From: Mobula birostris
Lineage: Eukaryota
Assembly: GCF_030028105.1 (NCBI RefSeq)
Contig: NC_092371.1
Location: forward strand, 129,409,025-129,473,024
DNA length: 64,000 nt
Reading direction: 5' to 3'
The notes under the pieces were generated by a model, which had not been told where the DNA came from, did no database searches, and saw only the letters and a program-made list of their open reading frames with translations. Below are positions 1 through 12,672 of this stretch, piece by piece. The position numbers were made by a program, and so were the translations under genes. Positions within the stretch are counted from its first letter, which is position 1. Each line of letters opens with the position of its first letter.

Positions 1-413
1 AACCGCTCCCAATGTAATGACAGAACAGGTCCTTCTGTCTACGATGTTTGTGCTGACTAAACTAAACCTACTTGCTGCACTTTGATCCATTCCCCCCCAC
101 TCCCTGCACACTCATGTGCTACTTAATGTCACTATCACATCTGCTTCCACCACTTCTAGTAAATTATCACTGTGTCATCTCCTCTAAAAATTTCCCCCTC
201 ACCATAAACCACACTCTCAAAAAACAAAACAGCTAAACAGAACTTAAAAGCTTTATAAAGCCAAGTCTTCCAAAAGAATCAGTGCAGTTGTTACCAGTGA
301 TTTTTTAAAAAGGGAGGCTGTTCTCTTCACAGGGGATTTAAGACAGAGCAGGCATAAGAGGCCAAGTGATCTCCCCTGGTTCTATTTCTTACCTCTCCTG
401 ACTGGCCAATTCT

Positions 414-1512
414 AGAATGCACATGAATTCAAATAAAGGTTCAAAGGTTCAATTTCTAATTTTCTCCAAACTAAGACATAGCATCACCTGAGAGAACCAT
501 TGTGACAAAGTGGGAGCTGATGCATCCTTCCACTTCAACAAAATGGCCCTCCTAGCTATCAATGTAACAAATGCAATAACATGTTGGTCAGACACAGAAA
601 TACCATGAATATTTTGAGAAACTATTCCAAAAAAGCACAGTTAATTTATTAGGTTGTAAATTAATTTTAAGTGCTTTAGAAATTGTTGAGAAAACTGATT
701 TCCAGAACTGTTCCAATATAGAACAAGACCAAAACATATGTGTCAGTGTAGCTATCTCAGTTTTACATCTATCACAATGACTATCAACATTAGGAAAGAT
801 TTTAGAAAGTCTCTCCTTTGTCAAATGATAACGATGTACAATTTTAAATTGCATCAATGAATGGCTAGCACAAATTGAAGAGTTAACCAACTTCAGTATC
901 TGCATCCAATCCTCTGTCATAAAAGTCAAATTAAGTTCCTTTTCCCAATCCTGTTTAATCTTAGATAAAGGACGCTTATCCCATTGTAATAGTAAATTAT
1001 AAATTCTCCCAACAGAACCCGTAATCAAAGGGTTCATACTCATAATAGTATCTAACAGGTCAGCCTCCAATATGTAAGGGAAATTACTTAAATATTTTTG
1101 TAAAAAATATCTAACTTGAAGGTATTGCAGAAAGTGTGAGTATGAAAGTGAATTTGATTTTGAGAAAAGATGGGGCTCATTTGCTTGTTATTATCATTTG
1201 AGTTAATTGATATAATTTTTCCACGATCTAATTGTAAATTTTTTTAGTATATTTTCTTTTCTTGCTGGTGGTTTGATGTTTATTTTTAGAAGCTTCTTGT
1301 ATGACGCATGGCTCCAGGGTTGTACACCTAATGGGTTCTCTTTTTTTTCTCATTTTTCTGCTCAGTAGGTTTTTCTTGTTATCACAAAATTTTGTTTTCA
1401 ATCTTTAAGATGATGGTTTTTTTTGAGGATTGTAAGTGTTGTTACTTCGATGTACTCATGTTATTTTTCCTATATATACCATAAAAAGATTTGAAAAGAA
1501 AGCACACGAATT
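414..1512. mobile_element. L1-clade LINE 3' fragment with 5' inversion and 16-bp TSD
   Basis: Minus-strand ORF2 C-terminus with a CCHC knuckle (CDRCKTEIATLTHMFWSC) at ~430-1150; plus-strand FEKRWGSF, 3'UTR and A-rich tail at ~1150-1500; TSD at 414-429 and 1497-1512. Confidence 0.8.
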
Positions 1513-1813
1513 AATTCCTGCACAGGCCACTTTGTGAAATGGTTTCTGCAAACATTGGGATTTTACACCTCAGGGAGTGGGTGCGAGTCTGCTCCCTTGC
1601 TTGGTGTGAACTGCCACCTGGTGGAGGATCCAAGAAAGATCCCTCCTGCAGCTTGCTTCACACACACTTGATATACAGCACCTGGCCCTTGGAGTGCTTT
1701 CCCTACTGACAACAGCTTTCTCATTACAAATTTTAACAACATGGTAGATAATGTGTGCTACAAAATGCTTTGCAGAGGCTTATTCAGAAAAGTGGACATC
1801 CATTTTATAACAA

Positions 1814-2255
1814 ACAAGAGAAAATCTGCAGGTGCTGGAAATCCAAAATGCTGGAGGAGCAGCATCTGTGGAAAAGAGTACAGTCGATGTTTTGGGCCAA
1901 GACCCCTCAGTCGGACTGAAGAAAAAAGATGAGTAGAGTTAAAAGGTGGGGGAGGGAAGGGAAGGACAAACACAAAGTGACAGGTGAAACCACGAGGGGG
2001 AGGGGTGAAGTAAAGAGCTGGGAAATTGGTGAAAGACATACAGGGCTAAAGAAGGGGGAGACTGATAGGAGAGGACAGAAGGTCATCGAAGAAAGAAAAA
2101 GGGGGGAGGAGCACCAGAGGGAGGCGATGGGCAGGCAAGGAGATAAGGTGATAGAGGGAAAAGGGATGGGGAATAATGAAAGGGGGGGCATTACCAGAGG
2201 TTCAAGAAATCGATGCTCATGCCATCAGGTAGGAGGCTACCCAGACGAAATACAA
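1814..2255 (-). mobile_element. Penelope-like element 3' terminus (degenerate hammerhead core)
   Basis: Reverse-complement similarity to 47700-48170 and 59930-60390 in this window. Confidence 0.7.
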
Positions 2256-5200
2256 GGCTGGGTGCTTAGCCCCCTGCTCTATTCGCTTTACACTTACGTC
2301 TCTGTAGCCAAACTTGAAGCATATCCAAGTTTGCTAATGATGCCACTGTTGTAGGCCGAATCAAAGACAGTGATGAATCAGCATATACGAGGGAGATTGA
2401 GTGAGTAGCGCCATAACAACAACCTTTCAATGTCAGTAAGACCAAGGAGCCGATTACTGACTTCAGGAGCAGGAAACCAGAGGTCCATAACCCAGTCCTC
2501 ATCGAAGTATCAGAGGAGAAGGTCAGCGACTTTAAATTTCTAGTTGTTATTATTTTGGAGGATCTATCCTGTGCCCTGGGTGCAGCATATGAGCAATTAT
2601 GAAGAAATCATGACAGAGGCTCTAATTCCTTCAGAGCTCGTGAAGATTTGATATGACATCTAAAACTTTGACAAACACTGTAGGTGTGTAGTGGAGACTA
2701 TACTGACTGGCTGTATCACAGCCTGGTATGGAACAGCAAATCCTATAAAAAGTAGTGGATATGGCCCAGTCCATCATGGGTAAAGTCCTCTACGCCACTG
2801 AGCACATCTACGTGAAACACTATCACAGGAAAGCAGCATCCAACATCAAGGAACCCACTACCTAGGACATGCTCTCTTCTCGCTGCAGTCATCAGAAAAG
2901 TGTTATAGGAGCCTCAGGACTCACACCACCAGGTTCAAGAACAGTTATTACCCTTCAACCAACAAGGCTCTTGAACAATAGGAGATAACTTTCCTCAACT
3001 CCACCTGCCCCATCACTGAAAAGTCCCCACACTACCTATACACTCACTTTCAAGGACTCTTCATCGCCTGTTTCCGATACTTATTGTTTATTTATTTATT
3101 ATTGTGATTTCTTTCCTTTTGTATTTGCAATTTGTTGTCTTTTGCACACTGGTTGAAAGCCCAATTTGGTGCTATCTTTCATTGATTCTGTTATGGATTT
3201 ACTGAGTATGCTGGTAAGAAAGTGAATCTCAGGGTTGTAGATGGCGACAGATGATGGTGGTCCCTGAACTTTGAATGGACGAGTTGGGCTGAAGGGCTTG
3301 TTTCCATGCTGTATGATTATAGGTCTCACTGCTGCGAGAAGCTAATTTTCCACGGCATGTCAAAGTCAGATTCCTCACATGTACAAGTACATGTCTGCAG
3401 AGGTGCAATGAAACAAAATCTTACAGCAGCATCACAGGCACACAGTATTAACATACTGAAAAACAAATTAAACAAAATTATATGAGAAAGAACACAATTA
3501 GAACAACATAAAACAAAGCTATTGGGGTTGTGCAGGTATTTCAACAACCAAGTGGCTGAAGTAGCTCTTCTTGAACCTGGTGGCAAGGAACTTAGTACCT
3601 CCTGATCAAGGCACAAGATGTCAGGCCACTATGGTGTACTGAAATCCTATGCTGACCAACTAGCTGGAGAGTTCAAGAAAATCTTCAACCTCCCACTGCT
3701 GTGGTCTGAGCCTCCTTAAAAGGACAGCAATCATACCAGTGCCAGAGGCAGGGTGAGCTATCTTAACAACTACCAACCAGTAGCACACAAATCTACCATA
3801 ATGAAGTACTTCCAGAGGTTGGTTATGGCTAGAATTACTCCTGCCTGAGCAAAGACCTGAACCTGCTGCTTTTCAAATATAGTTCAGCATTCAATATCAT
3901 CCTCTTGGAATTAGTCAAGAAACTTCAAAACCTGAGCCTCTGTACCTCCTGCTGCAACAGGATCCTCGACTTTCTTAGTGGGAGACCACAGTCAATATGG
4001 ATCAATGACATCATCTCCTCCTCACTGATCATGAACACAGGTGCACCTCACAGATGTGTGCTTAGCCCACTCCTCTTCTCTACTATATATTCATGTCTGC
4101 GTGGCTTGGCACAGCCCAAACATCATCTGTAAATTTGCAAGTGAAACTGCTATTGTCGGCAGAATCTCAGATGGTGATAAGGAGGCGTACAGGAATAAGA
4201 CAGAATAGTGGTTGATGATTAGAATCAGAATCAGGTTTAATACCACAGTGACTATGTTGTGAAATTTGTTATCCTTATGGCAGCAGTACAATGAAATACA
4301 GAGAAAAAAAACTGAGTTACATTAAGTATATATATTCGTTGGTGGTGGGGATCCTTAACGGTGGATGCTCCTTGAAGATGTCTTGGACACAAAGGTTGGC
4401 ATCCATGATGGAGCTGACTAATTTCACAAGTTTCTGCAACTTTCTTTGATCTTGTGCAGTAGCACCCCCGAAATACCAGATGGTGATGCAGCCAGTCAGA
4501 ATGCTCCCCACAGTACATTTGTAGAAGTTTGTTTTTGAGTTGACAAACCAAATCTCAAACTACTAATGAAATATAGCCGCTGTCTTGCCTCCTTTATAGC
4601 TGCATTACATATGTTTCGTACAGGTTAGGTCCTCAGAGATATTGACACTGATGAATTTGAAATTTCTCACTCTCTCCACTTCTGATCCCTCCATTAGAAT
4701 TGGTTTGTGTTCCCTTGTCTACCATTTCTGAAGTCCACAATCAGCTTTTTGGTCTTGCTCACACTGAATGTAAAGGTCATGCTGCAACACCACTCAATTA
4801 GCTGGTATATATCTCACTCCTCTACACCCTTTCGTCACCATCTGAAATTCTGCCCACAACGGTTGTATCATCAGCAAGTTTATAGACGCTGTTTGACTAA
4901 TGCCTGGCCACACAGTCATGGGTGTAGAGAGTAGAGCAGTGGGCTAAGCACACACCCCTGTGGTCTGCCAGTGTTGATAGTCAGCAAGGTGGAAATGGTA
5001 CGTCCAATCTGCACAGACTGCGGTCTTCTGGTTAGGAAGTCGAAGATCCAGTTGCAGTGGGAGAAAGAGAGGCCTAGGTTCTGTAGTTTTTCGATCAGGA
5101 CTGGAGGAATGATGGTGTTAAATGCTGAGAATCCAATAAACAGCATCCTGGTATGGGTATCTGCATTGTCCGGGTGATCCAAGGCTGCATGGAGAGCCCC

Positions 5201-6560
5201 TGAGAACACATCTGTTGTAGCCCTATTGTGGTAATGGGGAAATCACAGTGGGTCCAGGTCCTTCCTGAGACAGGTGTCGATTTTAGCCATGACCAACCTC
5301 TCAAAGCGCTTCATCAACATAGATGTGAGCGCTACTGGACAATAGTTGTTAAGACAGTTCACACTGCTCTTCTTGGGCACTGATATAATTGTTGCCCCTT
5401 TGAGGCAGATGGGAAATTCTGATTCTAGCAGTGAGGGATTGAAAATGTCTTTCAACACCCCCCACCAGTTGGCTAGCAAAGGTTTTCAGAACCTTGTACT
5501 CCATCGGGCCCTGGTGCCTTGCGAGGGTACAGCACCTTGAAAGACAGCATAATGTTGTCTCTGAGAGAGGACACAGGGTCACCAGATGCTGCTGAGATCC
5601 TCATAGCTGTAGTTTTATTCTCCCTTTCAAAGCGAGCATAAAAGATGTTGAACTCCTCTGGTAGTGAAGTATCGCTGCCATTCATGATGTTGGGTTTTGT
5701 TTTGTAGGAAATAATGGCCTGCAAATGCTGCCAGAGTTGACTTGCATCCAATGTTGCCTCTCTCGGAATTGTTTCTTGGCTCTTGAAATAGCCTTTTGCA
5801 AGTCGTACCTGGTTTTCTTTTAAAGACCTGGGTCACCAGACATAAACACCTTAGCAGACTATGAACCTTCTGGTTCATTCACAGCTTTTGGTTTGGGCAT
5901 GACAGCAAGTTTTCGTTAGCACACACTCATCCACACAGGTTTTAATGAAGTCAGTCATAACTGGCACACTGCAATAGCAACCTAAAACCCATTGTCAACA
6001 AGACCAAAGGAATCGATTGTGGACTTCAGGAAGGGTGAAAATCAGGAGAAAATGCACCAGTCCTCATTAGGGATCTGTTGTGGAAAGAGTGAGCATCTTC
6101 AAGTTCCTGAGGATTTGTCCTGGGTACAACACATTTATGCAGTCTTGAAGGCAGCATGCTAATCGCTTTACTTCATTAGAAATTTGAAGAGATTGGCTAT
6201 GTCACCAAAGACTCTTACAAATTTGTATAGATGTACAGTGAAAAGCATCCTGACACTCTGCACCACAGTTTGTTATGGAGCATCTAATACACAGCATCGC
6301 AAGAGGCTACAGAAGTCTGTTGGCAGCTAGCTCTATCACAGGCACAACCCTCCCCACCAGAAGACGTCTTCAACAGGCAGTGCATCAAGGAAGCTGCATC
6401 CTTCATTAAGGAGCCTCATCGTCTGGGATATGCCCCCTTCTGTTTACTACCATTGTGGAGGAGATACAGAAGCCAGAAGACCCACACTCAAACACTCAAT
6501 TCAGAAACAGCTTCTTCCACTCCGGCATCAGAGTTCTGAATGGACAATTAATCCATGAAG
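2256..6560. mobile_element. cluster of decayed Rex1/Babar-type LINE RT fragments (2256-3260 +, 3630-4200 +, 4330-5960 -, 5985-6560 +)
   Basis: Motifs TG(A/R)[53 protein letters not shown]; many stops and frameshifts. Confidence 0.75.
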
Positions 6561-6889
6561 ACTAGTACTTCATTAAAGCTTTATTGTGCTTTGAACAGCA
6601 GCCGTTCGTGTGAGAAGATGCAGCTCATCAGGTTTGCCAATTGAGTACATAAGGCATTGATTCACAGCAGTTTGGTGATCTGTGTAGCAGCCAATCAGTG
6701 ATTGGGATTGATTGGCAAGATCAAATTAAAATAAGGGAGGGGCAAGCACAGTGGCCATTGCTGGAGTGGACAGTGTTACAGCGGGAATTTTGAGACTTCA
6801 GTTAGGTGAGGCTCGCTGAACTCCAGATCATTCAAGAGTCTGAGGGGATGATGGATAGGATATATAGAGATACAGTTACATGGAATTTA

Positions 6890-7615
6890 GAGGAATAAAT
6901 TTGTAGAAAGATTGCAGACTGTTGCAAGAAACACAAGGTTGTTATAGTTGATGATTTTAAACTTTCCACATATTACTAGGACTTCCATACTGTAAAAGGA
7001 CTAGATGGGAAGCAGTTTGCCAAATGAGTTCAGGAAAGTTTCCTTAATTGGCACATAGAAGTCCCAGTGAGAGAGTGTTCAATACTTATGTCCTATTAGG
7101 AAATGACACAGGGCAGGCGACAGAGGTTTTGAAACTAATGGCATTATAATCACCAGATGCAAAGCAAATATGGAAAAAAGATAGGTCTGGTCTGTGGGTT
7201 GAGATTGTAAATTGGAGAAAGGCCATTTTTGATGGTATCAGAAAGATACCAGAAACTGTGGATTGGGTCAGGCTGCTTTCTGGCAAAGATCTACTTGGTA
7301 AGTGGAAAAGCCTACAAAAGAAAAATTCTGAGAGTACAAAGCTTGTACGTGCCTATCAGCATAAAAGGTCAGATAACAGGTTTGGGGAATCTTGGTTTTC
7401 AAGAGATCATTGAGGCCTTGGGTTAAGGGGAGGAAAAAAAAAGGAGGTGCATAGCAGGTATAGGCAGGTAGGAACAAATGAGGTGCTTATAGAGTATGAG
7501 AAAGGCAAGAAAATATTTAAGAAAATTAGGAGGCTAAAAGGCGGCATAAGGTTACCTTAGCAGACAAGGTGAAGGAGAATCCTAAGGGATTCTACAGATT
7601 ATGTTAAAAGCAGAA
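6890..7615 (+). mobile_element. decayed CR1 LINE fragment (endonuclease/tether region)
   Basis: Similar in reverse orientation to the CR1 at 16050-16850 (KVKENPKGFY, NWRKA motifs). Confidence 0.6.
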
Positions 7616-8796
7616 GGTTCACACAGGTGATTATGTGTTTGAATCCCATTCTTCCCATAATCCTAACCCTTTTACCTGAATCCTGAACCTATTGATCTCA
7701 GTCGATCTCTATCCTAAAGACACTCACCACTTGACCTCCAGATTCCTCTGTGGCAATGAATTCCAGATTCTCCAACCACTGGCTGAAGAAATTCCCCTTC
7801 ATCTCACTTCTAAAGGGATGTCTCTTTATTCTGAGGCTGTGGCCTCCGATCTTAGACTCTCCTACTAACTGGAAAAAAACCTCTCCACAAACAACTCCTT
7901 CACTACTGCTTTATGGCAGGGTGGGTGGGTGGGGGTGTGTGTGTGTGTGTGTGTGCACGTGCATGGTGTGTGTGCGCCTCTACTTACTTACTTTTCTACA
8001 TCTCATATCAATTCCATGAGGGTGAATTTTATTCCGTAGCTCAAAACTGAGGAGTAATGTGTGGCTGTAACACAAGGGGATGCTCCCACTCACGGCAACC
8101 TGCAGTTAGATCTCCTGCATAGCGTTAGGATTCATATGATAGACTCGGAGTTACACAGCATATAAACAGGCCCTTCAGACGGACTCACCCATGCATTCAA
8201 CCCGTAAGCTCCCTAAACATTTACTATATATGTAACTGCCAAAATACTTTTTGAATGTTTTAATTGCACTTGTCTCATACACTCCAGGGCAAAAAAAAAT
8301 CCAGTCTATCCAGTCTTTCCTTAAAACTCAAGACTCCCCAGTCCTAGTAACACCCTAGTAAATCTTCTGTGAACACATTCCAACTTAATGACACCCTTCT
8401 TGCAGCAAGGTGATCAGGCAATCAGAGCTCCGTACAATAAAAAGAATCTGCTGGAGGAACTCAGCAGGTTGAGCAGCATGTTTGCAGCATCTGTGGAGGG
8501 AAACAAATTGTCCACAATTTGGGTCAAAACTCAGCATCAACCTGCTGAGTTCCTTCAGATGCCAGCACCTGCAGTCTCATGTCTACAGAGTACACGTAGC
8601 AACACATCCCAACTCTTCCACGAAGCATCAAGGGGAATAATGCAAAGGTTCTGCCTTGATGTGAGGACATAAAAGATCTGGAAAAAGTAGAGTGATATCA
8701 AATACTGGGTGATATGATTAAAAAAAAAGGTAGATGGAAATGGCCAACTTTTTCCCCTTAAAAATACAGGTTGTGGAGGTTCAGCTTGTCACCAAA

Positions 8797-9262
8797 TTTT
8801 TTTTTATTTCAAAATATACTTTATTCAACAATAAATATATACAATAAACCATTCCATAACTTTTCATCCTTTACATACATTTCCATTATAGTCAGTACGT
8901 ATCCGTATTTATAGCCACCCACGTGGCACTCCAGTAGTTCAGCTTAGCATCTCATTGTTGAGGGGTATACTCCCCGCCCACCGACCCCTCCCACTCCCAC
9001 GGGTGGAGAAACCTATACTGTAGTCCTTCCCCACCGGGCCCTTGCGGTGGCTGCACCAAGTTTCAGTGCGTCCCTCAGCACGTATTCCTGCAGCCGAGAA
9101 TGTGCCAGTCGGCAGCATTCTCCCACGGACATTTCCATGTGCTGGTAGATCATCAAGTTTCGGGCCGAGCAAAGAGCGTCTTTCACCGAGTTGATGACCT
9201 GCCAGCAGCACCGGATGTTGGTCTCAGTGTGCATCCCCGGGAACAGCCCATAGATCAGAGAT
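8797..9262 (-). mobile_element. Tx1/L1-clade LINE 3' end with AATAAA and poly(A) tail
   Basis: CCWQVINSVKDALCSARNL...CCRLAHSRLQEYVLRDALKLG C-terminus; minus-strand tail aataaagtatattttgaaataaaaaaaaa. Confidence 0.7.
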
Positions 9263-9294
9263 CCAAATACTCTTTAAAAAACTTCTACAGATGT

Positions 9295-10861
9295 ACGTAT
9301 GTTGGCTGCGCAGTAACATAAATGAAAATTGGGCAAGGCCATACCATCTATCCTTTTAGGTTTTTGAAGGTGAGCTTTATTTAGTCTGGGACGTTTGCCC
9401 TTCCATAGATAGGACAAAATAATAGAATCTAACAAGTCAAAAAAAGCTTTAGAAATAAAAGTCAGTAAAGATTGAAATAAGTAAAATTTAGGAAGGATAT
9501 ACATTTTAACAACATTAATTCGACCTATCAGAGACATAGACAGGGGTGACCACTGTACTAGACTCTGTTTTGTATGATTTGAAAGATTAGTGAAATTTTC
9601 TCCAAAAAGACACTTATAATTCCTTGTTACTGTAATGCCAAGGTAAGTAAATTGATTATTTACTACTTTAAAAGGGAGGTTTTGAAATTCTAATATTTAT
9701 GCTTCTCTGTTTATTAGAAAGAGTTCGCTCTTATGTAAATTAAGTTTGTATCTGGAAAGCTGGCTAAATTTGTTAAGGAGTGAAAACATTGGGGATAAGG
9801 AGGTAGTCGGATTGGATATAAAAAGTAAAAGATCATCAGCATAAAGAGAGACTTTGTGCTCAACACCCCCCCACCCTCCAAATTCCCGTCAATTCAGCAC
9901 AGCTACGAAACGCAATCGCCAATGGCTCTATGGCCAGATCAAAAAGTAAGGGACTTAAAGGACACCCTTGCCGGGTGCCACGTTTAAGGTTGAAAGGTTG
10001 GGATTGCTGAGAGTTGGTCAAGGCAGAAGCAGTTGAACGCCAACTTTTGGACAGTCAGAGCCAGTTTTATATCTATGGTGATAAATCTGGTAAGTTTTTA
10101 GTTAACCAAGATGCTCTAAAGCTAAACAACTTATTACAAAAATTCAAATGGGAAATGGGAACATTACCTTGAATCATTCTGAAATTACTGACACATTCAA
10201 GAATTACTATTCTCAATTCTACACTTCTGAATCTTTAAATGATAATATTTCTGTCCAGCATTTTTTAAATAGTTTAAATATTCCTACGCTTTCTCCTGAT
10301 CGCAAACCAAAACTGAATGAGCTATTATCATTAGAGGAAATATCTTCAGCTATTTCTGTATTGCAGCCTGGTAAATCTCCTGGACCTGATGGGTTCTCTG
10401 TAGAATCCTATAAATCATTTTCCTCACTGCTTTTGCCTCAACTAATTTTAGTTTTATCTGACTCATTTAAACAAGGTAAGTTGCAAGCATCATTTAATGA
10501 GGCATGTATCATTCTTTTAGCGAAAAAAAGGCAAAGATCCACCAGAGTGTTCTTTGTACAGGCTGATTTCTTTGCTAAATGTTGATGTTTAAAATTTTGG
10601 CTAAAGTTTTGGCCTGCGGATTGGAGAACCATTCTACCCTTAATTATTTCTGAAGACCAAACTGGTTTTATTAAAATTCATCTCCCTTTTTTTAACATAC
10701 GGCATCTATTTAGTATCTTATACTCACCTTCAGCTGGGATTCCTGAATGTGTCATTTCTCTAGACGCAGAGAAAGCGCTTGATCATATGGAGTGGTATTA
10801 TCTTTTTGCAGTTTTAGAAAAAATTGATTTTGGACAAAGTTTTATTATGTGGATTAAATTG
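9295..10861. mobile_element. L1 ORF2 RT fragment with internal inversion (9295-10037 -, 10035-10861 +)
   Basis: Plus strand: GDKSGKFL, KSPGPDGF, DQTGFI, SLDAEKA, WIKL. Minus strand: [33 protein letters not shown]. Confidence 0.8.
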
Positions 10862-11949
10862 AAATAATAAAACAATTTAATGAGCACATTTAGGCTTAAT
10901 TAATATTTGTTTAAATAGAACCTCACACTCCACCTCACAAAACACTAATCTATTTTCAGACCAGAGGTATACATACAAACTATTTCCAACTTCGATGCAT
11001 GAACAATGAAGACAATCTCAGCCTATTACTCCAGATGGCTAGCATGGAGGTTTAATGAGATAGACAAGACAGAGGTTCAGTATATTCATGAAATAATGCA
11101 AACTAGGGGTTATAAAGTGTAACCTATCGCTACTCAGCCAGCTGTGGAAAGATAACAAATAAATAGGTATGACAAATTGCCTGGAGTCTTAAGATCTGAT
11201 GAGAACAGTTATAAGCAACTTCCTTTACTATAAAACTCTAGTCTCTGCATTTCCTGCAAGCTACAACTCCTAACAAATGTAAATGCTAAACTGACTGCAC
11301 TATTGTTAAATACTGCAACATTAAGTTTAATTGGTCACGTTAGAGTGCTGGGTTGAAAGTCATTAGAGACACACAGCACAGAAACAAGCCCTTTGGTCCA
11401 TTTAGTCCATGCCAACCATCAATCATCCACTTACACCAATCCTATATTAAACTGATACATTGGCTTATTATTGTCACGTGCACCGAGGTATAGTGAAAAG
11501 ATTTACTTGCATGCTTCAGTCCTGCCGTTAGAAGACTGGTAAACAGTCGCCTAGTACAATAAGATGTATGTGCAGTAAGGAAGACAAATTTTTCACTGAA
11601 CTTTGGAACAAATGGCAATAATAGACCAATTTACCATCCAAACAGATCATTTCATCGCATTAACACAGCAAGGCTGTACAAGGGAAAAACAAAAAGCAGA
11701 ATAAAGCGTACAGAGAAAATGCAATGAAGGCAGACAATAGGTAAAGACTCCATTTTGGGGTGTAAACGTTTCTTCCCTCTTACATTTTTTTAAATGAATT
11801 TTATCTGTAGCAACATGGTTCAACTTGAAGCATGCTGCTTGACTTTTGGGACAGTGCTGTGGGGGTATGGCGGCTGCAGAGAGTTAATAACTACATTAGA
11901 TCTTGCCCAGGGTTGCACAATTTGTACACTAAAAGTTTAGCTGCTTAAC

Positions 11950-12215
11950 AGCTGGAGCTAAGAATCCACACATCTTTCCATGGACTCACCGCAGTTTCCA
12001 CACAGTTACAATTGTTGACTCCTATGTTTGCATTACAAAGGCTGCTGGCAAATCCTGCAATCCAAAAGGATAAGCATTGCCCTGAGAAAGCTTGCAATCC
12101 ACATATCCCGCTACTCGGGAATTATCACCGTCTAAACCTGGAGTTCCTAGAATACACATTGTCACTCCTGTGTTTGATGAGCGGCTGTGAGACATTAGCA
12201 CCCAGTCTGACATTT
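11950..12215. promoter_or_regulatory. candidate Nodal-responsive lefty enhancer (FoxH1 x3, Sox-Oct composite, Smad motifs)
   Basis: AATCCACA at 11963 and 12096, AATACACA at 12151; GTTTGCATTACAAAG at 12026-12040; lies in non-repeat sequence. Confidence 0.6.
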
Positions 12216-12672
12216 GGATGGCAACTGATTCTGACTTGACTTTGGGATGCAGAGTGAAAAACAACACTGGATACAAACAAGCTCTGTGAAAACATTACAC
12301 TTATGGGCAGTGTTTTCTCCTCACAGATGCTTCTCTCTGACAAACAAAGTGGCTGGGCAAGATGCATTTAAAACAACATTTTAATTAAAGTTTGCAAGGC
12401 CAACATTTAATGTTTCTGAATTATGTGGCTTAAAAGATTGCAAATACTAGGTTCAACAGGTTTAAATTTTAAAATTGATTCCCCTGCTGTCTGGGTAGGA
12501 ATGAATTTGCTGATCCTTACTCCAGGCCTTTCGATAAAAATGAATGCTCTTGTGGGAAGGGCACCATGGGTGCTGGTGGAAGCAGACACATTAGCGGAGT
12601 CTAAAGGGCTGTAGATAATACATGAATATTCAGGCTGTGACTTTGATTTCACATGATGATGACACAGATATC

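Noticed and set aside
7257-10855. FoxH1-type TGTGGATT matches at 7257 and 10848
   Set aside because: Isolated and inside LINE-derived sequence; consistent with chance.
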